A stretch of 63,482 nt of DNA, the filler included, from Thraustochytrium aureum (taxonomy: Eukaryota): NCBI GenBank assembly GCA_012862495.1. It is 8 parts of 4 records of this genome, joined end to end, with 100 filler letters (N's around TTAATTAATTAA, not from the genome) between each part and the next. Parts side by side here need not be neighbours in the genome. Positions count along the whole stretch, not along the records: positions 28,762 to 39,453 come from BLSG01000178.1; positions 39,554 to 43,863 come from BLSG01000178.1; positions 43,964 to 46,594 come from BLSG01000178.1; positions 46,695 to 50,468 come from BLSG01000178.1; 4 more parts are not named here. One strand, 5' to 3'. The translations under genes and the position numbers were made by a program. Positions 35,101-46,814 of this stretch are shown one piece after another. The notes under the pieces were generated by a model that ran no database searches, was not told the origin of the DNA, and saw only the letters and a list, made by a program, of their open reading frames with translations. Positions within the stretch are counted from its first letter, which is position 1. Each line of letters opens with the position of its first letter.

Positions 35101-38100
35101 ACGCGCCAGGCAGCTCATCTCCCCNNNNNNNNNNNNNNNNNNNNNNNNNNNNNNNNNNNNNNNNNNNNNNNNNNNNNNNNNNNNNNNNNNNNNNNNNNNN
35201 NNNNNNNNNNNNNNNNNNNNNNNNNNNNNNNNNNNNNNNNNNNNNNNNNNNNNNNNNNNNNNNNNNNNNNNNNNNNNNNNNNNNNNNNNNNNNNNNNNNN
35301 NNNNNNNNNNNNNNNNNNNNNNNNNNNNNNNNNNNNNNNNNNNNNNNNNNNNNNNNNNNNNNNNNNNNNNNNNNNNNNNNNNNNNNNNNNNNNNNNNNNN
35401 NNNNNNNNNNNNNNNNNNNNNNNNNNNNNNNNNNNNNNNNNNNNNNNNNNNNNNNNNNNNNNNNNNNNNNNNNNNNNNNNNNNNNNNNNNNNNNNNNNNN
35501 NNNNNNNNNNNNNNNNNNNNNNNNNNNNNNNNNNNNNNNNNNNNNNNNNNNNNNNNNNNNNNNNNNNAGTGCTCAGCTTGTGAACAAGGTCGGCGCTGTT
35601 TGGAACGAGGCTGCCTCTGTGGAGCTTGTCTCTGACACTGGCAGCGTGCGCATTGCGCTGGCGGAGGAACCGCAGAGCACTGCATTCAAAATGGCCGGGC
35701 TTCGTCCCGCCTACACGGTCACTCTGGCCGAGCCCGCCTGGACTTTGTCGGGCGGTGTATCGCGCGGGGAACGTGTCCCTGTCGAGGCAACGAGAGGCGG
35801 CCTGGGAGCTGTTGAGCTGGCATGCGCCTCGTGGAGCGCGGCAACGGGCGCGCTAAAGGTCGAAGGTTGCTCCATCGCCCTCTTGGCTGCGCCTGGCGAG
35901 ACAGAGACCCGGCGTTTTACGCAGGCACTTTGCACCTGCCCGAGTGGCCTCGTTGTTGGCGCCTGGGCCATTCGATCGCGCTTGGTGCCGGAGACTTTCG
36001 AACCCGCTACTCGGCGTGATAGTGGCCTCTTCCACGTCTTGGGTGCTATCGGTGCCCTCGCGACCATCCTTGTTCCGTTGGCCATCTATGGGGCCCGCCG
36101 CGACGGTGCTGACGCTGTCTCCCGCGCGAGGGGCATCTACTTGGTGGCCGTGCGGCGCGCCATGGAGGACCGCCAGGGCTGCAAGCTAGGTTTCAGGGCC
36201 GTGCGCCACCTCAAGGCAGCCCACGTCAGTCTGCGACGCCGCTCGCCAGATGGGTGCTATCAGGGCATGGTGAGCATGCAGCCCTTTGGCAGGTCTTCGG
36301 GTGGCGGCTCCAAGAGCCCCTCGTTTTCCTCAAGCGCCTCGCAGAAGCCGCCAGGTTGCGCTCGTCGTACAGAAAGCGGCAGAAGCCTACCAGCCGATAC
36401 GACCCCTGGCGGCCCCGAGCCTCGGACCGTGCAAAGCCTCGGTCTCGCGTCAAACTCGCTGTCGCAACAAGCGTCGAGTGGATCTGGCGGGGTGAGCGGG
36501 GATTCCGAGTCGCGAAAGCAAACCGCGCACTGTGGCCCCGTTTCGCGACTGACGGCGTCAGTTTGGAGGCACCACCTTTGGCTCTCGCCTTTTGCGAAAT
36601 TCGACGCACGCCTGCGCCGTTCGATACGCTGCCTGCTGCTGGGTATCAGCGCGCTTGGCAACTTTGGGCTGTCCATGGCCTTTCAGCTGAGTACGCCAAG
36701 CTCTCGGCCCTCTCTCTTTGTCCTGGTCGCCGTCCCGCCGCTGTGCGTCGCGCCTGTGGTGATGCTGCTCCGCGTTGGGTTGCGCCAAGCTTGCCCGCGC
36801 GTCAAGAGCGGCCCGGGCCCAAAGTCGTTGGCCCTCGACGCCGTGATGGATAGCGAAGACGAGGTGATGCTCAAAGAGTATAGGGCAAATGTTGAGGCTG
36901 CTTCAGCGGCCTGGCACGAGTTCCAGCGGTTTCATGTTGCGCGCGCGTCGTCGCTTCGCGAGCAGCCTCATGGCGAGCACGAGCTGCTCACGCACGGGGA
37001 TGGCGCCAGAGGCGATGCCGCCGCCAACTCTGCTGAAGGGGCCGCTCTGGAGGCCAAGCACGAGAGCTGCCTCGGGGCGCTGCGCGAGGCGCACGCGGCC
37101 GTGGCCCAGCGGAAGGCAGCGCGTCGTCTGCGACTGTTGGCTGCCCGCCTGGGCGCCTTGCAGGGCCAAGTGGCTTGCAGACCGCCCAGCGCGAAGCCGC
37201 GAGGCACGCGCGCAGAATGCTCGCTAGTCCTCGTACCAGCTGGGGCGGAGGCCTGCCAACTCGATCCGCGGGTCCTGGTGTCCACCCTCAGGTCCAGCGG
37301 GCCCTCGCCCTGCTCGCCCTCTGCACTGCTCCAAGTTGTGGCTGAAGCCGAGAGCGTCGCGCAACGTCGCGCGGATATGGCCGCGTCGGCCGCTGTGGCA
37401 TCCGGCGCACTACTCGTGGTCGGTCTTTGCGTCGCTGCACTGCTGGTTGGGGGCGCCTCCGTGTCAAGTGCCGAGGGGTGGGACTTGGTGGTTTGCTTTG
37501 CTGGCGTCCTTGCGGTGGACGCCTTCCTCGTCGAGCCGTTCTTTATCATTGGTGCCGAGCAGTGCTTTGGGTCGCCTGCTGTGAGGTCCCGAGAGTGCGG
37601 AACGCACGCCATCGATGCCGGAGGGGTCGCTGGCGTCCCTGTCCTTCTCGCCAGGGACAGCTCAAACGAATCGGTCGCAGGATCCGATGAATCACTAGGC
37701 GTCGCTGGCGCGCCGCGAGTCGGGAGCCGCGCGTCGCAGCTCGGGGTCGGGAGGGGCCATTCAGCCCACACTCCAAATTCGCCTTCGTGCCTGACATAGA
37801 GTTTGGCCCATCGCCAGCCGCGAGAACGGGCAGCCAGCTAGAGCAGCAGTTCGGGGCGTTTCGTGAGGAGGGCGCGGCGCGTGGCGAGGGTTCCGCGCTG
37901 TGCTCGTCGGACCACCACAACAGCAAGTCGGACTTGCTTTCGCAGTTTCCCGACGACGACGAGGCTCAGAGCCATGACGGTGCAGGGTCGACGGTCTCTT
38001 CGTACGCGCAAGTGCCGCAGCACCTGGTTGAGGAGGAGTCCGAGTCCTTTCGAGCTGCACTCAGAGAGATCCTGCGTTCTGGTGCCTCAGAACCGGCGTG

Positions 38101-38263
38101 CTATTCCTCGCCGCCAAAGTCTTTCGGCAGCGAGATAGAGCGTGCGCCGGCTGGCTCGCCAGATCCTATGCGATCTTTAGGGAGCACCGCCGTGGAAGCG
38201 TCGGACACCACCGTTGACCGTGTCGTCTCGTTGAGCGAGCTGGAGCTCGAGTCTGACTTTTAG
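29139..38263 (+). CDS. Polycystin-1/PKDREJ-like multipass receptor: FN2-like repeat array, PT mucin linkers, REJ, GPS, about 5 TM helices; gaps and frameshifts
   Basis: Repeats C.LPF.Y....G.W...WCP..G...Y......WG...C (29804-31653). Two FN2-like units CTFPFRYKGKTYEDC..WC..WGYC and CKFPFSFRGTTFASC..WC..WGFC. REJ motifs GGNRTVLRGDAVILDATGSADPD...FTFTWFC and VNHEPYNGRVAAEPLAG...FTL...DWIEVDGDFPLAFAF. GPS CASWSAATGALKVEGC...CTC. TM1 ending YGARRD. PKD1-type RHHLWLSPF...RRSIRCLLL. Joining the 29139 exon across the gap is inferred. Confidence 0.75.
29241..29313 (+). repeat. 9-bp tandem repeat (GCGCTGCTG)n encoding (ALL)n, probable signal peptide or signal-anchor core
   Basis: Repeat is visible up to the gap; translation ALQALLALLLLALLALLALLALLA is in frame with ATG 29139. 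Confidence 0.7.
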
Positions 38264-38410
38264 AGCGCAGGTGGTCAAGGCACGGGACAAGCACCAAGAA
38301 AGAGCAGAAACAAACCATTGCCGTTACTTCTAAATCACCCCGCACACTATGGCGGGCTATGCGCGAGCCCCAGGCCCGAGCGCGCGCTCTGCGTCGCTCT
38401 CGAATTTGTC

Positions 38411-39453
38411 CTACTGGCGCAGGGCCGGCCCCGAGGGGCGCGACGCAGCAAAGAGTGCGCATCCGCCGACGACCGCAAGTGTTGCGCCCAGGCCCAAACA
38501 TAGCAGCGACGTGTCGACCGCCGGGATGCGCGGCGCGCCTTTGCTGTCGAGGCGCGGGGCGCGGGGCGCCTCCCCAGGGATGTAGATCTTCTTATGTGTG
38601 TACTGACGCTTGCCGCTGCCGTATTCGCCGGCGCACTGGCCATGCCCGTGCAAACGGTACTTGTATATGAGCAGGCCCTCGAGGCCGACCGGCCCACGGG
38701 CGTGGATCCGGTTCGTGCTGACTCCGACCTCGGCGCCAAAGCCGTACCTGAACCCGTCCGCAAAGCGGGTCGAGGCGTTGTGGAAGACGCCGGCCGAGCC
38801 GACACCTTCCATGAATTTCTCTGCGGTCTCGCCGTTCTCGGTGACAATTGCATCAGTGTGGTGGGATCCGTGCGTGTTGATGTGCTCGATCGCTTCTTCG
38901 ACGCCCGAGATCACCTTGACTGCCATCTCGAGACCGAGAAACTCGGTGCGAAAGTCCTCCTCCTTGGCAGGCACGGTCGCTCCAGCCGGGAGGAAGGGGA
39001 GGGTCGCCTCGTCGGCGTGCAGCTTTACCTTCTTCTCGGCGAGCGCGCGCCCGATGAGCGGAAGGAGCGTCTCGACGCAGTCTTTGTGGACCAGAAGCGT
39101 TTCGGCCGTGTTGCACGCGGCAGTGTATTGCGTCTTGGCGTCGACCACCACCTTGACGGCCTTCTCCGGGTCGGCGTCCTTGTCAATGTACACCGAGCAA
39201 ATGCCGTCTGCGTGGCCCATGACGGGGATCTTGGTCGAGTCCATCACGCTGCGCACGAGTTGGTTGCTCCCGCGCGGGATGACGAGATCGATGTACTCGT
39301 CGAGCTCCAGGAGCTGCTTGATGTCCTCGCGGGTCGAGACGAGCTGGACGGCATCGCGCGGGAGGCCCGCGGCGACCAGCCCCTTCTGAAAAGGCGGCCA
39401 CCAGCGCAGCGTTGCTGTTGATCGCCTCGCGACCGCCCTTCAAGATGACGGCA
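38411..39453 (-). CDS. proA: Gamma-glutamyl phosphate reductase (ProA/Pro2, or the GPR half of P5CS); 5' truncated, with a C-terminal hydrophobic extension
   Basis: AVILKGGREA, IDLVIPRGS, PVMGHADGIC, AACNTAETLLVH, INTHGSHHTDAIVT and VFHNASTRFADGFRYGFGAEVGVSTNRIHARGPVGLEGL. One frameshift near 39388. Confidence 0.95.
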
Positions 39454-39553
39454 NNNNNNNNNNNNNNNNNNNNNNNNNNNNNNNNNNNNNNNNNNNNTTA
39501 ATTAATTAANNNNNNNNNNNNNNNNNNNNNNNNNNNNNNNNNNNNNNNNNNNN
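39454..39553. other. Artificial scaffold linker
   Basis: N44-TTAATTAATTAA(39498-39509)-N44. Confidence 0.97.
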
Positions 39554-41406
39554 GATCGACTACGAGTGGATCCCGCTCGAGGCATGGCAAGTGCTGCGGA
39601 GCTTTTACGAGTGCGACGTGGAGCCCGTGGTGCGCGCCCTGAACCGGCGCACGCTGTCAAAAGCCAAGAGCAAGCGGCGCTCCTCGAGCATATACGAGGC
39701 GTACGACCTCCCGCCTGCGCCGCCACACTGGGACCTGAGCTGGAGGGGCCTGCCCCCCGCGCGCGAAGCCCCCTACTGCGGCGCCTGCGCCGCGCCCTCC
39801 CCCAAAAAGGTTTGCGGGAAATGCAAGACGGCGCAGTACTGCGGCCGGGACTGCCAAGCCGCAGACTGGCGCTTCCACCGCGTCCGGTGTGGGACCGGGC
39901 TGCCCGCCCCGCAAATGGCGCACACCGGCCTCGTGGGGCTCTCCAACCTCGGCAACACGTGCTACATGAACGCCACAGTGCAGTGCCTCGCGCACTGCTG
40001 GCCGCTCACACGGTACTTTGTGTCTGGCAGCTTCAAGCAGGACCGCAACAGGGTAAGCAAGCTCGGGACCGGCGGCAGGTTTGCAATGGTCTGGGACTCG
40101 CTCATGCGCCAGCTCTACCTCGGCGAGGCCGGCTCGGTTAGTCCCATGCAGATGAAGCGCGCTATCGGCACGTTGCCGGGCTCGGGCGGGCAATTCGCCG
40201 GCTTCATGCAGCACGACGCCCAGGAGCTCCTTGTCTTTCTGTTGGACACTCTGCACGAGGACCTCAACCTCGTCAAGGAGAAGCGCTACTTTGCTGCCAG
40301 CGACGACCAGACGACGCCGGAGCGAACGGTGGCGAATCTCGCCGCGGAGTCCTGGTCCAAGCACCTCCAGCGCGAGCACTCGATCGTGACGCACATGTTT
40401 CAGGGCCAGCTACACAACAGCGTCGTCTGCCCCGGGTGCAAGTTTTGCTCCAACACCTTTTCCCCGTTCCTCTCGATCCCGCTTTCGCTCCCGGTCGAGG
40501 TCAACCGCGTGCTCGTCGTCACCGTCGTCGCATGGAGCGGCAGCGGCAGCAGCAGGATAGGCAAACCGACCCCAACGCTCACCCGGACGCGCTACGCTGT
40601 GGGGGTGCACCCGCAGAGTCGCTGTCGCGCATTGAAAGCGCGGCTGGCCGACCTCTGCGGGGTGCCCCGCGAGTCCCAGTGGCTTGTCGAGCTTAAAGGA
40701 GCCGTGATTGTGGACGAGTTCCTGGACGACGACCCGGTGGCCAAGATCACGGGCAACCTTGAGGTTGTCGCCTTCGAGCTCGCCTCCCCAGACCTATTGA
40801 GGCCAGAGCGCAGTGCACCGCAGCGCTCTGGCGCAGCACCCGCCGGGCCGGAGGCCGGCCGGCTCCAGGACGACGTGCGCGAGCTCGTCCTGTTGCACAG
40901 GTTCTCCTGCGCGTCAACCAAGAACCCGGCGCACCGCGTGACCGGCATGGTAGGCGTCCCGCTGGTGGTCAGGTTTCGCGCAAGCGACACCTTTTTGGAG
41001 CTCCGCGTGGCCGTGCTCAGGGCACTCAGCCTGCTCACGATGGGCCAGGACCTTCAGGCCCCCATTTCAGTGCTCGAGCGCGCAGCAGTAGGGTTGCCGC
41101 TCAAGTGCACCAGCGTGGACGGCGCAGACCGCGAACCGCATGATCAGCTTGCCCAGCAGCCCAGCGAGGGTTGCGACTCCTGCGCGCTCCCCGCAGACGC
41201 GGACGTGCCAATCGGACTTGGCCCCGAGTGGATTCGCCACGACCGCGCGCTCTTCGTCGCCGTGGAGTGGTCTGCGCTCGGGCGCGGCGGCGAGGCGCCG
41301 GCCGCCAGCCCAGAGGCTCGCGCGCTTGCGATTGGGGAGGAGATACGTCGAGGCCCCCGAGTTCAAGGTGTGCGACCACGATTCGGCGGAGCGACACTTG
41401 GAAAAG
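39554..41406 (+). CDS. Ubiquitin-specific protease (USP4/11/15/19-like) with DUSP remnant and MYND finger; both ends missing
   Basis: IDYEWIPLEAWQVLRSFYECDVEPVVR (DUSP end). CGAC...CGKCKTAQYCGRDCQAADWRFHRVRC (MYND). GLVGLSNLGNTCYMNATVQCL (Cys box). QHDAQELLVFLLDTLHEDLN, FQGQLHNSVVCPGC, then a UBL-like insertion. The His box lies in the gap. Confidence 0.92.
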
Positions 41407-42277
41407 NNNNNNNNNNNNNNNNNNNNNNNNNNNNNNNNNNNNNNNNNNNNNNNNNNNNNNNNNNNNNNNNNNNNNNNNNNNNNNNNNNNNNNNNNNNNNN
41501 NNNNNNNNNNNNNNNNNNNNNNNNNNNNNNNNNNNNNNNNNNNNNNNNNNNNNNNNNNNNNNNNNNNNNNNNNNNNNNNNNNNNNNNNNNNNNNNNNNNN
41601 NNNNNNNNNNNNNNNNNNNNNNNNNNNNNNNNNNNNNNNNNNNNNNNNNNNNNNNNNNNNNNNNNNNNNNNNNNNNNNNNNNNNNNNNNNNNNNNNNNNN
41701 NNNNNNNNNNNNNNNNNNNNNNNNNNNNNNNNNNNNNNNNNNNNNNNNNNNNNNNNNNNNNNNNNNNNNNNNNNNNNNNNNNNNNNNNNNNNNNNNNNNN
41801 NNNNNNNNNNNNNNNNNNNNNNNNNNNNNNNNNNNNNNNNNNNNNNNNNNNNNNNNNNNNNNNNNNNNNNNNNNNNNNNNNNNNNNNNNNNNNNNNNNNN
41901 NNNNNNNNNNNNNNNNNNNNNNNNNNNNNNNNNNNNNNNNNNNNNNNNNNNNNNNNNNNNNNNNNNNNNNNNNNNNNNNNNNNNNNNNNNNNNNNNNNNN
42001 NNNNNNNNNNNNNNNNNNNNNNNNNNNNNNNNNNNNNNNNNNNNNNNNNNNNNNNNNNNNNNNNNNNNNNNNNNNNNNNNNNNNNNNNNNNNNNNNNNNN
42101 NNNNNNNNNNNNNNNNNNNNNNNNNNNNNNNNNNNNNNNNNNNNNNNNNNNNNNNNNNNNNNNNNNNNNNNNNNNNNNNNNNNNNNNNNNNNNNNNNNNN
42201 NNNNNNNNNNNNNNNNNNNNNNNNNNNNNNNNNNNNNNNNNNNNNNNNNNNNNNNNNNNNNNNNNNNNNNNNNNNNN

Positions 42278-45200
42278 GGGGGCCAAGGATAGCCTCGTCG
42301 GGGCCAGGCGCGGACGAACCGTCTATCCCGGCCGACTCGGCCACCATAAACTGCTCGGCGCCGAACTGGACCACAAACCCCTTTGGCCAAACGAAAAAGT
42401 TCTTGGCACGCTCTAAAGGCCCCAAGCAGTCGTCCAGAGTCTCAAATAGGCCGATCCCGCGCGACTTGGACACTACAACGTAGATCCTCCGCCAGCAAGT
42501 CTCGTTGGCTACGTCGAGTACACCATCGTCCACCAAAAGGTGGCCGGTCCTGAGGATGTCCGCCTCCCCAAAGTGCGACACGACAGCGCTCGACCCAGTG
42601 CTGGATCTCGACTCTGTGGCGGTGTAAAACGAAGCCCCCGCCGACGATGCCGTGTCGGCACGGTCAACCCGACCCTGGGCCCTCAGATTCCCGGACCCGA
42701 ACCCGCTCGCCGAGGCAAACGAGTCAAGGCTGCCTTGGCTGGTCGCCGAGCCATGCCTACTTCGACGGCGAATGCTGGGCCGCGAGTTGAGCAACGGCGG
42801 GCCCGCAAGCACCGTTGCACGAAAGCTCGAGACCTCGCGCAACAGGCTGTCACGTTCGGCCACTGTTTCTGCGAGACGAGACGCCATGGCCCGCCGAGCG
42901 TTGCGCTGGGAGGCGATGTCCTCGGCCGCCATTGCGCTCATGTCCACATACCGCGCGTACTCGGCTGCAAGCGCCTCGCGCTCGGCCTCGAGCTGCTCAC
43001 GCGTTCGCTCGGTCTCCTCTTGGGTTTGCAACAGCCGCCTGAGCTCTGTCCGGACCTGGCGGAGGGCCGCTTCGGCCTCCGAGGTGGCGGCTGCTTGCGC
43101 ACCCTTGAGCGCCTCGGTCTCCGCGGTGGCGGCTTCCAGGACAGCCCTGGAGCTCTTCGTGCCGGGTGTTGAGGGCTGTGTGGCGCTTTTCACGGCACCC
43201 ACAGCAGAGACAGCCGCATCGCGAGACGCAAACGCTCCGTGAAGTCGCTCGCGCTCCGCTTCAGCGGCTAAGAGAGCCTCACGAAGCGCAGCGCGGTCTC
43301 GTTCCAGGGCCTCTGACAAAATTTCGAGGTTTTCGCGCTCGATATCCAGCGAAACGTCACGTGGCTGCCTGCTCATCTCGCTCTGGCTGGCTAGACGCTC
43401 AAAGGCCCGGCGCTCTCGTGCGAGCGCCGCCCTTTCCTCTTCCAAGCTCTTCAGGGCGTCGGCCATTCCAGCTTTCCGCACAAGGTAGGAGGCGCGGGTT
43501 GCTTCAAGTTCCTCGAGTCGAGCGGCCACTGCGTTGAGCTCCTCTCGGAGTTGCTTGCGGTCAGCTTCGAGCGCCATCGAGCTCGCTGCAAGTGCCCCCT
43601 CCATTGCCCCGCGGTTGTTGGCAAATTCGACGCGGGCGAGCTCCAGCGGTTGCTCGGTCAATAGCCTTTCAAGCTGGGCGACTGTATTTCTCGAGTCTTT
43701 GAGGGATTCCTCAAGCCGTTCCACCTCGGCGGGCAGCGCTTGGTGTGCTTCGAGCTCTGCACACTTTCCCTCGAGCTCCGAGCTTTGCTGTCGCAGTAGG
43801 CGGTTTTCGCGTTCAATACTTTCTAAAGCGGCAGAAACGGCAGACGACTGTTGGGCCTCGCGCNNNNNNNNNNNNNNNNNNNNNNNNNNNNNNNNNNNNN
43901 NNNNNNNTTAATTAATTAANNNNNNNNNNNNNNNNNNNNNNNNNNNNNNNNNNNNNNNNNNNNCGTCGCGCGAGGCTGCAACCTGCGCCTCGGCACGAGC
44001 TAGGCGCTCCGTTGCTTCATTCGCCGCTGCTGCAATTTGGTCCCTGGTGTCTACACGAATCGCTTCCAACTGGGCAGTCAGCTCAGCATTCGCAACTGAA
44101 AGGCGTTCCGTAGTTGCTTGCAGTGTTGCGTTTCTCTGGACGGCTGCGGCTGCCTGAGCCTCTGCAAGCATTGTACTAGCAGCCAACTCTGCTCGCAAAA
44201 CCGCCGCGCTCGTTTCTGCTGTGTCGAGATCCGCAGACACTTGAACCAGCTGCGTCCTGGCTTGAGTCGCTTCGTCCATCGCATGTTGAGCGTGTTCAAT
44301 TCCCGCTTGGACTTGGGATGGAGTAAATTCGCCATCTTCCTGCAGTTTACTAATCTCGGCTTGCGCATTGGCCAAGTCGTCCGCTAGCCGTTCCTTCTCG
44401 GCTAGCACACGGTTCAGGGCCTCCTCGGCCTCGGCAGTAGCCGCGGTTTGCGTCTCCAGCTGAGATTGTAACTTGCTCCATGCTTGCTCCAGCTGCGTGC
44501 GCACGAACGAGAGATTTGCATTGGCCTTTTCACGCGCACGTGCCGCCACCGTCTCCACTTCGACAGTCTTGGCCGCAAGCTCGGCCTCCAGGCTCTCAAC
44601 GCCACTTTGCAGCGCAGCCACCGCCGCGTCTTTTTCTGCAACGCTGGTCTTTAGCGCATCGCAGCGGCTAGTCTGCTCTTCAAGGGCCTCGGCAAGTTGC
44701 GAGCGCATCGCGCTCGCCTCGGTGGCCACCTCACTCACCTCTGCCTGCACCTTTTCCAAACGAGCTTGTTTGTCTGCGAGAAGCTGATTGAGCTGTTCGA
44801 CCTCCGCAGACTTGGCAGCAAGATCTGCAGAAAAGCCGGCGATTTGCTCGGCGCGCGACGCGAGCTCGGCGTCGCGAAGAGCCAAAGTCCTGCTGTGCGC
44901 GTTGGCCCTCTCTTCGGCACGAGCGAGGCTTTCTTTCATGACCTGCCGCTCCGACTCGAGCCCCCCGATGCGCGCCCGGGCCTCCTTTAGCGAGGACCGG
45001 AGCTGATCTGCGAGCGCGTCTTGCTCGTCCAGCAGCGCCTCCTTTTGGGCGTCCCGCTCTCGCGCCTCTGAAAGAAGCGTTTGTGACTCCAGCAGCTCCC
45101 TTCGCAGCAGCTCGATTGAGGCGTCCCGTTCGGCGACCACTCCCTCGTGGTCCTCTGCAGCCACGAGGAGCTGATCGAGCTCCTTTCGCAGTGCCCTCGC

Positions 45201-46594
45201 ATCCACGTCGGACTCGTGGCCCGCAACCCTGAGAGCCTTGACAGACAATTCCAACTCGTCGCGTACCGCGCGCACAGTGTCCAGTTCACCTTGGGCGACC
45301 GAAAGAGCTCCATCAAGGGATTTCACGCGACGTTCGGCCTCTCCGAGCGCTGCTTGCTTGGTTTGCATTGCCTTCTGCGAAGCCGTGCGTTCGGCCTCCG
45401 CTTGCGCTTGAAGGGTTCGGAGCGCTTCTGCAGTCGACTCGAGCTCGCTCGACTTTTCCTGGAGTGCGGACTTTAGGTGCGCTAATGTAGCGTTGGCGTC
45501 TTCAGCACGCCGGCGCTCCGCCTCGACTTGCGCTTCGCTCGCTTGAGCGGCAAGCTCAACAGAAGCCGCGAGCCCAGCGGAGCGCTTTGTCTGCGAGTCG
45601 AATGCCTCTTCAAGCTGCGCCACTCGCGCCTCTTGCTTGCCAAGCGCACCCTCTAGTTCGCTTCGAACCCGTCGAAGCGATTCATTTGCCTCCTGCAGCG
45701 AAGCGTTCTCGGCCGAAAGGCGGTCAACCTCGTCACGCGCTTGGCCGTTCAGCTGCCGCTCGGTCTCGCGCTCGATGCGCAGTTGCTCGGCTTCCGCCTC
45801 TAGAGAGGCGCGAGCAGCCTGGATCTCAACAGTGCGGAGAGCTAGCGAGTGCTTTTCTTTGACGACGGCAGCCCGCTCTTCAGCAACAAGAGCTGCGTCA
45901 AGCCGCAGCTCGTCAAGTTTTTCTTCCACGGCGCTTCGGTCCACTTCCAGGGCCTTGTTCATTTCGGCCAAGTCCTGCTCTGCCTGCTGGCGCTCCTCGA
46001 GGAACTCAGCGCGCTCGGCCCTGAGGCTTTCCCGCTCGACTTGGAGTTGCTGTTTGGCCAGTTCAAATTTGCCACGCAGGTCGGCCATCTCTTCGCGCCC
46101 TTCTTTCAGGCGCTGGAAAGCGCGGTCTAGCGTTCTAGCCATGCTCGCCAATTCTTGCTGCTCGCGTGCCATCTTCGCGAGCTCCTTGTCGATTGCGAGC
46201 CGTTCTGCCCGCGTCTGCGTGTTGAAGGCGACAACGCGGCGCTCGAGCTCCTCCGCCAGCTCCTCGAGCCTGCTTTGCGTGGGCGCGCTGGCTCCATGTT
46301 TTGCATCGCTCGCTACTGTCGTATCGCGCCATGCCCTCCATGCCCACTGCCGCGAGGTCGCCAGAGCAGACGGCCCCAACCGAGTCCGCGTAGCCCAATC
46401 GCAACGTCGGGATCTCGGTGGCCTGCTCGACCACCTTCGCAGCCCCGGCGTCGCGCCGCCGTCCCTTCGCCCCAGGCAGCGCCCACCGGACAACGCGTCG
46501 CGCCGCGATCTCCTCGCTGCACTCCACCACAGCGAGTGCGTGCTCGAGTACGAAGCAGGACGGTGCGCAAGCATGCGAGTGAGGGGTACACTCG
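42278..46594 (-). CDS. Long coiled-coil protein with probable C-terminal PH domain; interrupted by a linker, both ends missing
   Basis: More than 1,000 aa of E/A/L/R-rich heptads in ORFs 43908..46574 and 41067..43724 on the same strand, followed by a Ser-rich linker and ILRTGHLLVDDG...CWRRIYVVVSKSRGIGLFET (PH beta1-beta3 pattern). Confidence 0.75.
43864..43963. other. Artificial scaffold linker
   Basis: N44-TTAATTAATTAA(43908-43919)-N44. Confidence 0.97.
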
Positions 46595-46694
46595 NNNNNN
46601 NNNNNNNNNNNNNNNNNNNNNNNNNNNNNNNNNNNNNNTTAATTAATTAANNNNNNNNNNNNNNNNNNNNNNNNNNNNNNNNNNNNNNNNNNNN
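46595..46694. other. Artificial scaffold linker
   Basis: N44-TTAATTAATTAA(46639-46650)-N44. Confidence 0.97.
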
Positions 46695-46814
46695 AGGTTG
46701 TGGTGGAGGTTGTGGAGGCGGTTGTGGTGGTTGCGGCGGAGGTGTTGCTTGGGTTTTGGGCGGTGGACGGACTGGACTGGGTTGGGGTCTTTTTGGGGTT
46801 GGGCTGCGGCGAGG

